From an uncultured Gemmatimonadales bacterium (GTDB taxonomy: Bacteria; Gemmatimonadota; Gemmatimonadetes; Gemmatimonadales; GWC2-71-9), in the NCBI GenBank assembly GCA_963779755.1, contig CAVZZO010000001.1:608001-672000 (forward strand): a DNA stretch of 64,000 nt, written 5' to 3'. The translations under genes were made by a program, and so were the position numbers. Below, piece after piece: positions 30,559 to 40,807 of the stretch (position 1 is its first letter; each line of letters begins with the position of its first letter). Under the pieces are notes generated by a model, which saw nothing but the letters and a program-made list of their open reading frames with translations, did no database searches and had not been told where the DNA came from.

Positions 30559-33345
30559 TCAGTGAAGAGGCTGGAGCTGCTCTAGGCTGGACAGTGCGCC
30601 CCGGAGGCTCCGGCGCGACTTGATCCCCAGCTTGGTGAAGACCTTCCGCAAGTGGTACTCGGCGGTGCGGGGACTGATGAACAGCTGGCTGCCGATCTCC
30701 GGATTGGTGTGGCCCTCCGCCGCGAGCCGGGCGATCTGGGCCTCCTGGGGCGTCAGGTGGTTCCACACTGCGGCCGTACGCTTGCGCACGGTCTCCCCGG
30801 TGGCCCGCAACTCGGTGAGGGCACGTTCGGCGAAGGCGTTGGCCCCGATGCGGCCGAGCAGCGTGTGGGCGGTCCGGAGTTGCTCACGCGCATCCACGCG
30901 CCGGTTCTCGCGCCGCAGCCACTCGCCGTACAGCAGGTGGGTGCGCGCGAGATGCACCACGATCCGGGTACGTGCCAGCCGGTCGATCGCCTCCCGGTAC
31001 AGGGCGTCCGCGGCGGTGCCCTCGCTGAGGAGCGCGCGAGAGCGGGCCAGCACACCCAGCGCCCATTCGGTGCCGGCCGCGCGGGTCCGCCGCTCGAGCT
31101 CTTCCAGGGCCGCCGCTGCCGCATCCCCGGCGCCGCTCCGGGCACCCGATTCGACCAGCTCGACCAGCGACCAGCCGTAGAAGCCCAAGTCTTCGAAATC
31201 GCAGGCACGCTGGGCCCCGGCGAGCGCGGCCGGGTAGCGGCCGAGCCCGTTGTACAACACGGCGGTCACATAGCCGATCAGGCCGATAGCCCGCCCCTCC
31301 CCCCGGGCCATCGCGTCCCTGGTACAGGCCGCGATCATGCGTACGGCCGGCGCCTCCTGGCCCCGCCAGGCGGCGAGGATCAGATGGGTGTAGCGGAGGG
31401 GCGGATACCCCGTGGCCGCGGTAATGGCATCGGCTTCCTCCAGCAGCTCCGAGGCCGCGTTGAACTCGCCGGCGTGCACGTGCATGCCGGCGCGATAGCT
31501 CAGCGCAATGGGCAGAGTCGTGAGGGCCCCGGCCTCGCGCGCCACCCGCACCGAGCTGGTCGCCAGGTCGTGCCAGGCCTCGTCGTCCCACACCTCCAGG
31601 GCGAGTGGCTCCGGGGCCACCGGGCACGCGGTCCACAGCCAGTGCAGGGTACCCGTCCGGCTGTGGCCCCGACGCTGGCGGAGGGCGAGGAGCGCCTCCC
31701 GGAGCGGCTCCACGCCGGAGAGGTACCCTTCGGTGAACAGCCTGGCGACGGCGTCGAGCAGGCCATCGTCGGGCAGCGGCGTGGGTAACCTGGGCGGCGC
31801 GGTCCGGGCGGCTTCCGCTGCCTGCCGCACCGCCAGGCGTCCCAGCCGGCCGACGAAGATCGCGGCGCCGATCGCCTCGAGGTAGGTGTCCCGAGCCAGG
31901 CCCGCATCGAGGCTGACGAGATGTGCGGCCGCCTCGAGCAGCAGGGGAGGAGCGTCGCTGCCCCGGTTCCGCGCGAAGACGATCTCGGCCCGCATGCGCG
32001 CCATCTGCGCTCCCTGCAGTTCGTCCAGCGGGCCGATGGCGGCGGCCGTAAGGAGGCGGTCGGCTGCCTCCGCCGCTCCCGCCCCGAGCATGGCCCGGGC
32101 GGCCGCCAGGGCCCGGGTTGCCCGCCGGGCCGGATCAGGCGTCAACTGACTGGCGCGTTCCAGGAACGCGGCCGCGGCCGCCATCCCACCCCGGGCCTGA
32201 GCCCGGACGGCGGAGCGTTCCAGCTCGCCGGCGACCGGTTCATCCGGGCCCACCGCGGCGTGGGCCAGATGCCAGGCGCGCCGGTCAGGGTCGGCCACCG
32301 GATCGGTGGCGTCCGCCAACGCCGCGTGAATCGCCTGGCGTTCCGGCAGAGTTCTCGCGCGGTACGCCGCCCGCCGCAGCAGCGGATGGCGGAAACGGAC
32401 GCGGGCGCCGAACTCGACCAGCCCGGCCGACTCGGCGGGCCCGGCTGCGCCGGCGCCGATGCCCAGCCCCGCGGCGGCTCGCCACAGCAGCGTGACATCG
32501 CCCACCGGATCGGCCGCCGCGATGACCAGGAGGCGCTGGGTTTCCCCCGGCAGCGACCGAAGCTGGCGGAGGAAGCTCTCTTCGATCCGCGTTCCCAGGG
32601 CATCGGGATCGGGTGGGGCGAATCCGCCCGCCAGCTCCGTCACCGTCAATCCGTTCGGTAGCTCCAGGAGGGCCAGGGGGTTGCCGCGGGCCTCGGAGAT
32701 AATGCGGTCCCGCACCTGCTCGTCCAGGCGTCCGGGGAGCACCGAGCGCAGCAGCGCCCGGGCGTCGCTGTCGCCCAGACCGGGCACCGTCAGCACCGGC
32801 AGGCCCTCCAGCTCCGGCCGATCGGCGGGGACCCGAACCGCAAACACCAGCCCAACCGCCTCGGCGAGGAGTCTCCGCGCTACGAAGGCAAGCACCTGGG
32901 CCGACGCCTGATCGAGCCATTGGGCATCATCCACCAGGCAGACGACGGGGCCGTCCCCGGCCACGTCGGACAGCAGGCTCAGGACGGCCAGCCCGACGAG
33001 AAACCGATCGGGGGTCGGGCCGGAGGACCGGCCGAACGCAGTGTTGAGGGCATCCTGCTGCAAGGCGGGGAGATGCGGCAGCCGATGCAGCATCTGAGCA
33101 CAGAGCTGCTGCACGCCGGCGAAGGGAAGCTCCATCTCGGACTCGACGCCAATGGTCCGGGCGAGGTGGCATCCGGCCGCGGTTTCCGCCAGGTACTCCA
33201 GCAGGGCGGTCTTGCCGACGCCGGCCTCTCCTCGCAGCACCAGTACCTGGCTGCGGTCGGCCCGCACTTCAGCAAGCAGGCGATCGAGCGTTTCACGCTC
33301 ACCGCGCCGGCCATGCAATACCGGCACGGGATGCAGGGTGGACAT
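30559..33345 (-). CDS. Large ATP-binding LuxR-family (LAL) transcriptional regulator
   Basis: [17 protein letters not shown] and GNPLAL motifs; C-terminal LTPQE...TNPEIG..LFISPRT.EYHL. Confidence 0.93.
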   Translation of the reverse strand: MSTLHPVPVLHGRRGERETLDRLLAEVRADRSQVLVLRGEAGVGKTALLEYLAETAAGCHLARTIGVESEMELPFAGVQQLCAQMLHRLPHLPALQQDALNTAFGRSSGPTPDRFLVGLAVLSLLSDVAGDGPVVCLVDDAQWLDQASAQVLAFVARRLLAEAVGLVFAVRVPADRPELEGLPVLTVPGLGDSDARALLRSVLPGRLDEQVRDRIISEARGNPLALLELPNGLTVTELAGGFAPPDPDALGTRIEESFLRQLRSLPGETQRLLVIAAADPVGDVTLLWRAAAGLGIGAGAAGPAESAGLVEFGARVRFRHPLLRRAAYRARTLPERQAIHAALADATDPVADPDRRAWHLAHAAVGPDEPVAGELERSAVRAQARGGMAAAAAFLERASQLTPDPARRATRALAAARAMLGAGAAEAADRLLTAAAIGPLDELQGAQMARMRAEIVFARNRGSDAPPLLLEAAAHLVSLDAGLARDTYLEAIGAAIFVGRLGRLAVRQAAEAARTAPPRLPTPLPDDGLLDAVARLFTEGYLSGVEPLREALLALRQRRGHSRTGTLHWLWTACPVAPEPLALEVWDDEAWHDLATSSVRVAREAGALTTLPIALSYRAGMHVHAGEFNAASELLEEADAITAATGYPPLRYTHLILAAWRGQEAPAVRMIAACTRDAMARGEGRAIGLIGYVTAVLYNGLGRYPAALAGAQRACDFEDLGFYGWSLVELVESGARSGAGDAAAAALEELERRTRAAGTEWALGVLARSRALLSEGTAADALYREAIDRLARTRIVVHLARTHLLYGEWLRRENRRVDAREQLRTAHTLLGRIGANAFAERALTELRATGETVRKRTAAVWNHLTPQEAQIARLAAEGHTNPEIGSQLFISPRTAEYHLRKVFTKLGIKSRRSLRGALSSLEQLQPLH

Positions 33346-33481
33346 AGCAGCGCCGTGGCTGGGGGGAGGAGCCCTCGGCTGGGCCAAGCACAATATTATA
33401 ACGCCGTATGCCCGCCACCCCGCAGGGGACTCAAGTCACACCATTGGTAGAGGCGGCAAGAGGTAAGGCGTGAGGCACACC

Positions 33482-33745
33482 GTCATTGCGAGGGCACGCA
33501 GCACCCGTGGCGATCTCATGGCCTCGCGGCGGGTGGGCTGTCTTGCCCGGCTGGTCGGGTCTTGTGGAAATGAAACCGCAGATTTGGCAGACTTGCGCAG
33601 ATTGATCTCCGGTATTGCATCCTTCCGCCGGCCATCCCTGCTCCAGGAAGACGAACAACAGGAAGTGGAAGGACGGCAATCCGGCATCGCTCCGCGGAGC
33701 CACGCGAATGACCGGAGCAGATCCGCGTAATCTGCGGTTTCATCA
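33482..33745. repeat. REP-like elements (GTCATTGCGAG type plus ACCGCAGAT...ATCTGCGGT type)
   Basis: gtcattgcgagggcacgcagcacccgtggcgatctc at 33482; aaaccgcagatt at 33573 pairs with aatctgcggttt near 33730. Confidence 0.65.
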
Positions 33746-33909
33746 GTCTTTTCCTGAATCCTGCTCCGGCCATTGCCACACGCCGGCCGCGGCCGGCCAC
33801 GCCGAGTCGAGGCGCTCAGGACTCGAGGCGGAGTCAGTCGAGCCTCCCGGGCGCAGTCCGCCCCCGCCACGAACCGGTCCGCGTTCGCGGCAGGGGCGGG
33901 AACCGATCT

Positions 33910-34368
33910 CTACGGGTGCGTGGCGTCCTGCTGCTGCCCGCTCGGGTCGTCCGCCGGGTTCACGTAGGTCAGCTGGAACGGCCCCCTCGAGTGAACCTGC
34001 ACCACCGTGCGCCCCTTCGTGATCACGTAGTGATTCATGTGCGCCGGCAGGTTGACGTACCCGCCGCTGGGCAGCGGCGCCGTCTTGTCCACCTTCAGGG
34101 TGTCGCCCATGCCGTACATCAGCGTGCCCTCGATCACCGTCACGAATTCATCGCTGGGATGGGAGTGGGCGGCAATCCGGTAGCCGTCCGGCATCTCCAG
34201 CCGCACGGTGAACTCTCCGGCCTTGCCCGGATCGCCCTGGAGCACGGCCATCCGGGAGCCGGCGGGAAAGACGGCGGGTGCCGGGCCCCAGGCTGGGGCG
34301 GGCGCCTGGCCCTGGGCCGACGATACACCCAACGCCGCGCATGCGGCGACAGGGATGAACCAGCGCAT
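33910..34368 (-). CDS. Secreted cupin-domain protein
   Basis: Signal peptide; AHSHPSDE.VTVIEG...H motif. Confidence 0.85.
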   Translation of the reverse strand: MRWFIPVAACAALGVSSAQGQAPAPAWGPAPAVFPAGSRMAVLQGDPGKAGEFTVRLEMPDGYRIAAHSHPSDEFVTVIEGTLMYGMGDTLKVDKTAPLPSGGYVNLPAHMNHYVITKGRTVVQVHSRGPFQLTYVNPADDPSGQQQDATHP

Positions 34369-34499
34369 AAAGCCTCCCTGGCTTGTGGACGACTGCGGTG
34401 GGTCCTGCGGTACCAGGTTGAGCTCCTCGTCCTAACTCTGCTGATCCGGGCAAAACGCGCAAGAGGGGAATTGTCCGTGTGTCCTGTTGCTCGCCGTGT

Positions 34500-34614
34500 C
34501 GCGACCTGCCTCGGCATCGCGGGAGCGCTGGCGGCAACCGCGGTGGCCGGTTTGCTCGGGCCGGTGCGCCGGGTGCTCCGGCTTCAGCCGATAAGTGCGA
34601 TCCGGCTGGAGTAG
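34500..34614 (+). pseudogene. C-terminal remnant of a MacB/FtsX-like ABC permease
   Basis: AVAGLLGPVRRVLRLQPISAIRLE* resembles the typical PARRA.R.DP..ALR.E end. Confidence 0.5.
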
Positions 34615-34746
34615 CGGCCCATCCCCGGCGGCTTAACGCTTGAAGGGAAGCCGGTGGGCGTGCTTCCCCATGCACCTTCCGGCTGCAAACCGATCGGAAC
34701 CGGATTTCCGACAGGTCGTCACCCGCGCGGCCATGGGTAACGCCGC

Positions 34747-34900
34747 TCAGCCATTCTTGTCACTCCGTGGCGGGCTCCCGGCGACCAGCATACGCTCTGC
34801 GAAGTCGAGGCGTTCCTGCAGTTCGGCCACCTGTGCGCGCATATCGTTGAGACCGTCAGTCAGCGCGTCGACCGCCGCTCCCGCAGCAAGCCCCGGGGCT
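34747..34900 (-). pseudogene. Remnant of a small coiled-coil protein
   Basis: VAELQERLDFAERML motif; no convincing start codon or N-terminal TM. Confidence 0.45.
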
Positions 34901-34966
34901 CCCAAAGTCGCCCGCGTGCAAGATATCCCGCGCGGCCGTGACGTGCGAACGCTCCGCTCAGCTACG

Positions 34967-36799
34967 TCAGTCCCCGGGCCGCGCGCCCGGGTCGCCCGGT
35001 CCGGCGGAGAGACGGCGCGAACCGGCCGCCGGGGAGGGTGATGTCCCGAACACTGATGCCGAGTGCAGGTCCCCCTCCAGCGCGGCGAGCAGCCCCTCCA
35101 GTTCCGTTCGGCCCTGACGCAGGGCATGGCCATATCCCCAGCGGCATCCCGCCAGCGACAGCCCGCCGGCCAGCGCGGCGCCGCCCACGGCCACCATCGC
35201 GGCGAACGGACCCAGCGCGACAGTCAGCCCGAGCCCGGCCCCGGCGGCGGCCCCGGCCGACCCCGCCAGGCTGGTGACCCACTTGTCCACGGTCCATGCC
35301 TTGCGCAGCCCCCGCCGGAGATCGCCCGACACCGTGACTTCGCATCCGGTCACGGGTGCGCCCAGCGGTTTCAGTGCCACGTGGAGCTGCTCCAGCTCGA
35401 GCTGCGTCATCCGGTGGCTGAACAGGCCCCTCGCCCCGTCGAACGCGACGATGGCGGACCGCAGCATCGGCACGTTGAATACGAGGATGCCGCCGTCGAG
35501 GGGATGCCCGCCGACCGTGTCGCGCAACTTGAGCCCGTAGGGGAGCGCCGGGAACACCCGCCCGATCGCCTCGAGCACCGCGGCGGGTGTCGCCGGGATC
35601 ACGCGCGAACAGGAGATGCTGCGATCCCGCGTGCCCAGCATCCGGGTCAGCCGGCGCTCCTCCCGATCCGAGAGGTCCGCTGACCGTGCCCCCGATCCCG
35701 CCGGCCGCTCCGCAATGGCCATGGCCACGAATTCCGCCGCGATGCCCGCCTCCTCCGCCGCGCGTTCCACGTCCTGCAGTCGATACCCGTTATTCGCCGG
35801 GCCGGCCGCAGGCGCACTCCCTGACGCAGGCTCCCGGTATCGCGCCTGCAGCCTGGTGGTGGCCTCCGCCTGCAGCTGGGCGGCGCGCGACCAGATGGCG
35901 CGGGCCTGATCGGTGCTCACCACCTCCGCCAGGGAGCCGGCGGCCGCCGGCAGGGCCGCCGACCGCAGCGCCGTCTCCAGCGCCTCGGCAAAGGCCTCCC
36001 CGGTGGGATACCGGTCGGCGGGCTGCTTGCTGAGACTCCGGTCGACGACCGCCACGAGTGCGCCCGGCACGTCCGGCGCGACGGACGCCAGCGAGGGGGC
36101 GGGGCGCGTCACCTGCTGTGCCATCACCGACGCGGCCTCCGCTCCCTCGAACGGCAGTCGGCCGCTCAGGATCTGGAAGCCGACGACGCCGAGCGAGTAG
36201 AGATCGCTCCGGCCGTCGAGGGTGTCGCCGGCGGCCTGCTCCGGACTCATGTAGTGGGCCGAGCCGAGCACCATGCCGCCCTCCGTCAGGGGGGTGGCCC
36301 GCTGGTTCTGCGCGATGCCGAAATCCGTCACGACGGCGCGATTGGCGCCGCGCTCGATCATGATGTTCTCCGGCTTCACGTCGCGGTGGACCACGCCACG
36401 GGCGTGCGCGTAGGCCAGCGCCCACGCCGCCTCGCGCAGGACCCGCACCGCCTCCGCCGGCGGGAGGGGGCCGCGGGCCCGGACGCGCTCGGCCAGATTC
36501 TCGCCCTCCACGAAGCCCATGGCGAAGAAGGCCACGCCGTCGATCTCGTCGGCCCGGTAGATCGGCACGATATTCGGATGGGCGAGCTGGGCCGAGGTGC
36601 GCGCCTCGCGGAGGAACCGCTCGCGCAGCTCGGGGCTGGCCGCCAGCGCGCGGGGGAGAACCTTGATGGCCACCGGCCGGTCCAGGCGGACATCCCGGGC
36701 CAGGTAGACCACCCCCATCCCGCCGCGCCCGAGCTCCCGCTCGAGCGTGTATTGGCCGGCAAGCAACGCCTGCAGTGGGGCGAACGATTCAGAAGTCAT
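34967..36799 (-). CDS. Ser/Thr protein kinase with C-terminal Gly/Ala-rich membrane segment
   Basis: GRGGMG, VAIK, HRDVKPEN, DFG, YMSPE and SDLYSLG motifs. Confidence 0.93.
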   Translation of the reverse strand: MTSESFAPLQALLAGQYTLERELGRGGMGVVYLARDVRLDRPVAIKVLPRALAASPELRERFLREARTSAQLAHPNIVPIYRADEIDGVAFFAMGFVEGENLAERVRARGPLPPAEAVRVLREAAWALAYAHARGVVHRDVKPENIMIERGANRAVVTDFGIAQNQRATPLTEGGMVLGSAHYMSPEQAAGDTLDGRSDLYSLGVVGFQILSGRLPFEGAEAASVMAQQVTRPAPSLASVAPDVPGALVAVVDRSLSKQPADRYPTGEAFAEALETALRSAALPAAAGSLAEVVSTDQARAIWSRAAQLQAEATTRLQARYREPASGSAPAAGPANNGYRLQDVERAAEEAGIAAEFVAMAIAERPAGSGARSADLSDREERRLTRMLGTRDRSISCSRVIPATPAAVLEAIGRVFPALPYGLKLRDTVGGHPLDGGILVFNVPMLRSAIVAFDGARGLFSHRMTQLELEQLHVALKPLGAPVTGCEVTVSGDLRRGLRKAWTVDKWVTSLAGSAGAAAGAGLGLTVALGPFAAMVAVGGAALAGGLSLAGCRWGYGHALRQGRTELEGLLAALEGDLHSASVFGTSPSPAAGSRRLSAGPGDPGARPGD

Positions 36800-36950
36800 C
36801 GAGGAGGCGCAACCTCACGGGCATCGTCGTTGTCGCGTAGCGAGCGGTGCCGGTATCGATCCTGGGCATCTGCGGGATGCCGGCACCGCCTTCGAGCCGT
36901 GTCCGCCATCGGAGATCACGTAAGGTACTCTGATACGCCGGTGCTGATCA

Positions 36951-37901
36951 TCAGTCTTCCCGCGGACTCGCGCGGACAATGTCATCATCCAGGCCGGGAA
37001 GCACCCACAACGCCGCCAATCGCCACTCGCCCGCCTGGCGGGCCAGCACCCAGGTACCGCGGGCGTACCGTACCGGTACCAGCCGCGCCGCGGCTTGCGG
37101 CAGTGCACCGGTGCCGATGACGTTGAGCAGGGCCACATCGGGTGCGATCATCCGGATCTGATCGACAATCATGAGCGCCCGGTAGGGCCGGGGATCGCCG
37201 AAATAGGTGCGCCACCAGCGGCGAATGGCGTCGCGGCCGCGGATCGGCGGGAGATTGCGGATGAGGATTTCCGCATCGGGCCGGTAGAGGGCGCTCAGAG
37301 CTGCCGGGTCGTGGGCATTGAAGGCGTCTTCGTACGCCGCCACAAAGGCCCGCAGACCGGGCCGGAACGCTTCGGCGGCTTCACGGGAGTCATGGAGAAT
37401 CACCTGGTCCGCTTCCGTGGGCAGGCCGCGCATGGCCGCAATGCACCAGGCGCTGTCCTGCCGGTGCCAGAGCCAGGTCCCCCGGAACTTTCTGGCCCGC
37501 AGCGGGCCGCCCTGGTCATCCTGTCCGCCGGTTGTCGTCCCGACCGTCATCACGGCGACGTCGGGCGTAAGGAAGCTGACCGGACTCACGTCCAGCGTCA
37601 GCTGCCGGCCGGGTTCCTGCCGCCTGAAGTACTCCCGCCACCAGTCCCCGATCTGCCGCCGGCCGCTCACCGCCGGCAGGTTGCCCATGACGAAGTCCGC
37701 GTCCTCGGTAAAGAACGCCGAGAGCGCCCGCCCGTCGTGTGTATTCCAGACGTGCACGTAGGCTTCGGTACGCGCCTGGAGGGCAGCGCTGTCCCGGGCG
37801 GTCTGTGCCGGCAGGGCGCTGGGCCAAGCAGCGAAGCACAGGATCGTTGCCAGCGTGGCGCCGCAGGCGGCCGTCAGGTGTGGACGTCCAGATCTCGCCA
37901 T
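36951..37901 (-). CDS. Secreted tandem NTF2-like (SgcJ/EcaC/DUF4440) domain protein
   Basis: Two repeats: WNTHD...FTEDADF...GR..I and FNAHD...Y.PDA...GRDAI. Confidence 0.8.
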   Translation of the reverse strand: MARSGRPHLTAACGATLATILCFAAWPSALPAQTARDSAALQARTEAYVHVWNTHDGRALSAFFTEDADFVMGNLPAVSGRRQIGDWWREYFRRQEPGRQLTLDVSPVSFLTPDVAVMTVGTTTGGQDDQGGPLRARKFRGTWLWHRQDSAWCIAAMRGLPTEADQVILHDSREAAEAFRPGLRAFVAAYEDAFNAHDPAALSALYRPDAEILIRNLPPIRGRDAIRRWWRTYFGDPRPYRALMIVDQIRMIAPDVALLNVIGTGALPQAAARLVPVRYARGTWVLARQAGEWRLAALWVLPGLDDDIVRASPRED

Positions 37902-37929
37902 GCCGCAACCTCCTCTCGGTTGGGGGCAT

Positions 37930-38294
37930 CCGGTGGCCGACGGCGCCGGGCCCGAGGCGGCGGGTTTCTCCGTCTCCCACCTCCACCTCGACTTCTTCAG
38001 CAGCGACACTGCCCCTTCCGGGGTTCCGATAGGTGAGGTGGTTCTCAATACCCGCATCATAGGCGTTCGGCCCCAAAGCCTCCTTCTTACCCTCTCTATG
38101 TAGGGTCCAAGTTGCCACACGATGTTGCCGGCGGTCAGCGCTTCAAGTGTCGCAAGGTCATGTTCCTTGCTGGCCCGGGCATACCGCTCGAACTGTTGGA
38201 CCACGCCAGGGGGGTGGACGCACCCCGCCAGCGTCAGCGACGCGGCCGAGAGCAGAACACCTGGAACGGCGAAGCTCCAGAAACGCGTCGTCAT
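37930..38294 (-). pseudogene. Frameshifted NTF2-like lipoprotein 5' part joined to a cupin-like scrap
   Basis: LAGC lipobox and HDLATLEAL; frame shift near 38095 to EGKKEALGPNAYDAG; then EVEVEVGDGETRRLGPG. Confidence 0.5.
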
Positions 38295-38322
38295 GTCTCC
38301 AATCTTCTCATCCTTCTTGCCC

Positions 38323-38348
38323 GTCTAACGGCGAATGAGTTCAGCGGC
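38323..38348 (-). mobile_element. attC-like right half (L'/R')
   Basis: Minus strand CCGCTGAActcattcgccGTTAGAC followed by GGAG RBS and ATG 38294. Confidence 0.5.
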
Positions 38349-38433
38349 TGTGCCCGGCAGCGTTTGAGAGCTACTCACCTAACGGACGGCCCGCGTGTTG
38401 GGACCCGGCGACGCAAACGGAGCCGCCCCCCTA

Positions 38434-38895
38434 TCAATGCTCCGTCCCGGGCATTATTCCAATCTGCCGGAGAAAGGCCACATTGTCCCAGCTCACCCAG
38501 GTCTCGGCGATCTTCCCGTCCTCGAGCCGCTGGATGACGATGTTCACCAACTCGAACTTCTTCCCCGTGGCCGGTAGATCTCCGAGCGCACCGACCTGGG
38601 TTCCGGTCATGGTCTCGACGTAGGCGACCCGGTCGCCGTCGGCGATCATCTGGCTGAGGGTGTCGTGGTGATCCGGCACCGCCTGGAGCCAATCCCGGAT
38701 GAAACCGAGGAACTCCTTCGTCCCCTGGAGCTCCTGGAGTTCGGGGGGCATGGCCTGGCAGTGGCGGACGTAGCTCGGCGAGAGCTCGGCCGCGAAGGCT
38801 TCGACGTTGCGGTCGTTCAGTGCCTCATGGGCTCGTCGAACCACCTCCACGTTGCGGTCTTCGGTCTCTTCGCGCGTCGGGTTCCCGGGCTCCAT
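38434..38895 (-). CDS. SnoaL-like ester cyclase
   Basis: A.PD......MIADGDRVA....TGTQ.G.LG.LPATGK...LEDGKIAE.W. Confidence 0.88.
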   Translation of the reverse strand: MEPGNPTREETEDRNVEVVRRAHEALNDRNVEAFAAELSPSYVRHCQAMPPELQELQGTKEFLGFIRDWLQAVPDHHDTLSQMIADGDRVAYVETMTGTQVGALGDLPATGKKFELVNIVIQRLEDGKIAETWVSWDNVAFLRQIGIMPGTEH

Positions 38896-39368
38896 GTCTG
38901 CCTCCTTTGCTCCGGCAACGGTGACTGCGTCCAATCGCCGCCGCGTCACTCCGGGATCGTCATCAGGCCCCGGATCATCGCAGATTCCGGCATCCGCTCC
39001 GCAGAATGCTTCTCAGGAAGCAGGTAGCCTTTCGAGCACTGCGTTCTGCAGTGCCGCCTGGCGCATCTTGGACCTGCAAGGACCACCTCCTCCAGTCCCG
39101 AAATCATCTTACGAACCGCTACCGAATTCCACAACGTTGCCAACGGCCCCGCCGCGAGCAGGCCCGGCGGGCTCCGCCGGCCGGGGTTGTCACGGCTGAG
39201 TACGCTGCCCAGCCGCCCCGAGAGAAGGCAGGTAGAGCACAGAAGTATCGCATCAGACTCTGGCAAGTCTGCCGCGGGCGGGGAAGGTGGCTGGCGGGGA
39301 TTCTTCATTTCAGTGACAGGCATGGCCGAGACACGGCTTCGGTCGAGAGGGGGATCCTGGCTCCAGTT

Positions 39369-40281
39369 CGAAAGGGCTGTCACCCTGAGGCCGCGCCAGC
39401 GGCCGAAGGGGCCGAAGCTGAAGGCTGGCTTCGGTCCCTTCGCTGCGCTCAGGGTGACCTAACCCCCGTCCCCCTTCCCGGTTGGGAAGGGGGGACCGGG
39501 GTGGCCAGTTCGGAGAGAAGATGGAACCGGGACGGGCGGTGCGAAAGGGCTGTCACCCTGAGGCCGCGCCAGCGGCCGAAGGGGCCGAAGCTGAAGGCTG
39601 GCTTCGGTCCCTTCGCTGCGCTCAGGGTGACCTAACCCCCTGTCCCCCTTCCCGGTTGGGAAGGGGGGACCGGGGTGGCCAGTTCGGAGAGAAGATGGAA
39701 CCGGGACGGGCGGTGCGAAAGGGCTGTCACCCTGAGGCCGCGCCAGCGGCCGAAGGGGCCGAAGCTGAAGGCTGGCTTCGGTCCCTTCGCTGCGCTCAGG
39801 GTGACCTAACCCCCTGTCCCCCTTCCCGGTTGGGAAGGGGGGACCGGGGTGGCCAGTTCGGAGAGAAGATGGAACCGGGACGGGCGGTGCGAAAGGGCTG
39901 TCACCCTGAGGCCGCGCCAGCGGCCGAAGGGGCCGAAGCTGAAGGCTGGCTTCGGTCCCTTCGCTGCGCTCAGGGTGACCTAACCCCCTGTCCCCCTTCC
40001 CGGTTGGGAAGGGGGGACCGGGGTGGCCAGTTCGGAGAGAAGATGGAACCGGGACGGCCGGCTCGAAAGGGCTGTCACCCTGAGGCCGCGCCAGCGGCCG
40101 AAGGGACCGAAGCTGAAGGCATAATCTCGGCCCCTTCGCTGCGTTCAGGGTGACAATCCAGTGCGCCTCCGGCGCTCGCCGCGTATCGGCCAGCATCCCT
40201 GTCACCCTGAGGCCGCGCCAGCGGCCGAAGGGGCCGAAGCTGAAGGTACGGTTTCGGCCCCTTCGCTGTGCTCAGGGTGAC
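39369..40281. repeat. Tandem array of a 174-bp composite REP-like unit (starts 39369, 39542, 39716, 39890; partial 40064) plus a sixth hairpin at 40201-40281
   Basis: Unit = GTCACCCTGAG...CTCAGGGTGAC hairpin + CCCCTTCCC...GGGAAGGGG hairpin + linker. Confidence 0.95.
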
Positions 40282-40311
40282 AATAAGCTCTGTCTCCGCG
40301 CCCGGCCCCTC

Positions 40312-40345
40312 TTGACAACGCCAGGCAGTTTGACGATCATCAAAC
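40312..40345 (+). promoter_or_regulatory. Sigma70-like promoter and GTTTGA-N6-TCAAAC operator in front of arsR
   Basis: TTGACA 40312-40317, 17 nt, GATCAT 40335-40340; palindrome 40328-40345. Confidence 0.65.
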
Positions 40346-40346
40346 C

Positions 40347-40655
40347 ATGACGACCCGGGCCGCCCCTCCAACCCTCACCAGCCGGCAATTCGAGCTGGTG
40401 GCCAAGGCACTCGCCGATCCCCGGCGCATGCAGCTGCTGGAGGCGATCTCGAGCACGCGGGAGTTTCCCTGTTCGCGCCTGTGCGAGCTGTTCCCCGTCT
40501 CCAAGGGGACGATCTCCCACCATATGAAGGAACTGCTGCGGGCCGGCCTGATCAACGCGCGGCGGGAAGGCCAGCATCTGCTCTACGAAGTGCGCCGGGA
40601 GACGCTGGATGCCTATACCAACGAATTGATGAGACGCCTGGGCCAGGCCGGGTAG
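40347..40655 (+). CDS. ArsR/SmtB family transcriptional regulator
   Basis: KALADPRR, SKGTISHHMKEL..AGLI..RREG motifs. Confidence 0.92.
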   Translation: MTTRAAPPTLTSRQFELVAKALADPRRMQLLEAISSTREFPCSRLCELFPVSKGTISHHMKELLRAGLINARREGQHLLYEVRRETLDAYTNELMRRLGQAG

Positions 40656-40689
40656 GCCGCAGCAGGTGGGCTCTTTTTTTTAACTTAGT

Positions 40690-40760
40690 GTTTGATAGTT
40701 GTAAAACTGTTGTACAGCACGACCGGGCGAGGATGTCGATTTCGCGATCGCCCAAACGAC
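40690..40760 (+). promoter_or_regulatory. Second operator-like site GTTTGA-N6-TAAAAC and ECF42-like promoter TGTCGA-N17-CGAC
   Basis: Operator-like site 40690-40707; TGTCGA 40734-40739; CGAC 40757-40760. Confidence 0.55.
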
Positions 40761-40807
40761 GAAGAGAGGTAGTGCAGCCCAACACCCTGATGCACGAGGA
40801 GCCCCCC

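Noticed and set aside
36951..38294. 447-aa single fusion ORF
   Set aside because: A second signal peptide with its own RBS starts at 37901; the linker is out-of-frame debris
38946..39383. 145-aa minus-strand ORF
   Set aside because: No recognisable motif; starts inside the repeat; left unannotated
39459..40205. Repeat-protein ORFs on both strands of the 174-bp array
   Set aside because: They are open only because the unit length is a multiple of 3 and GC-rich; no RBS; the peptides are typical REP translations
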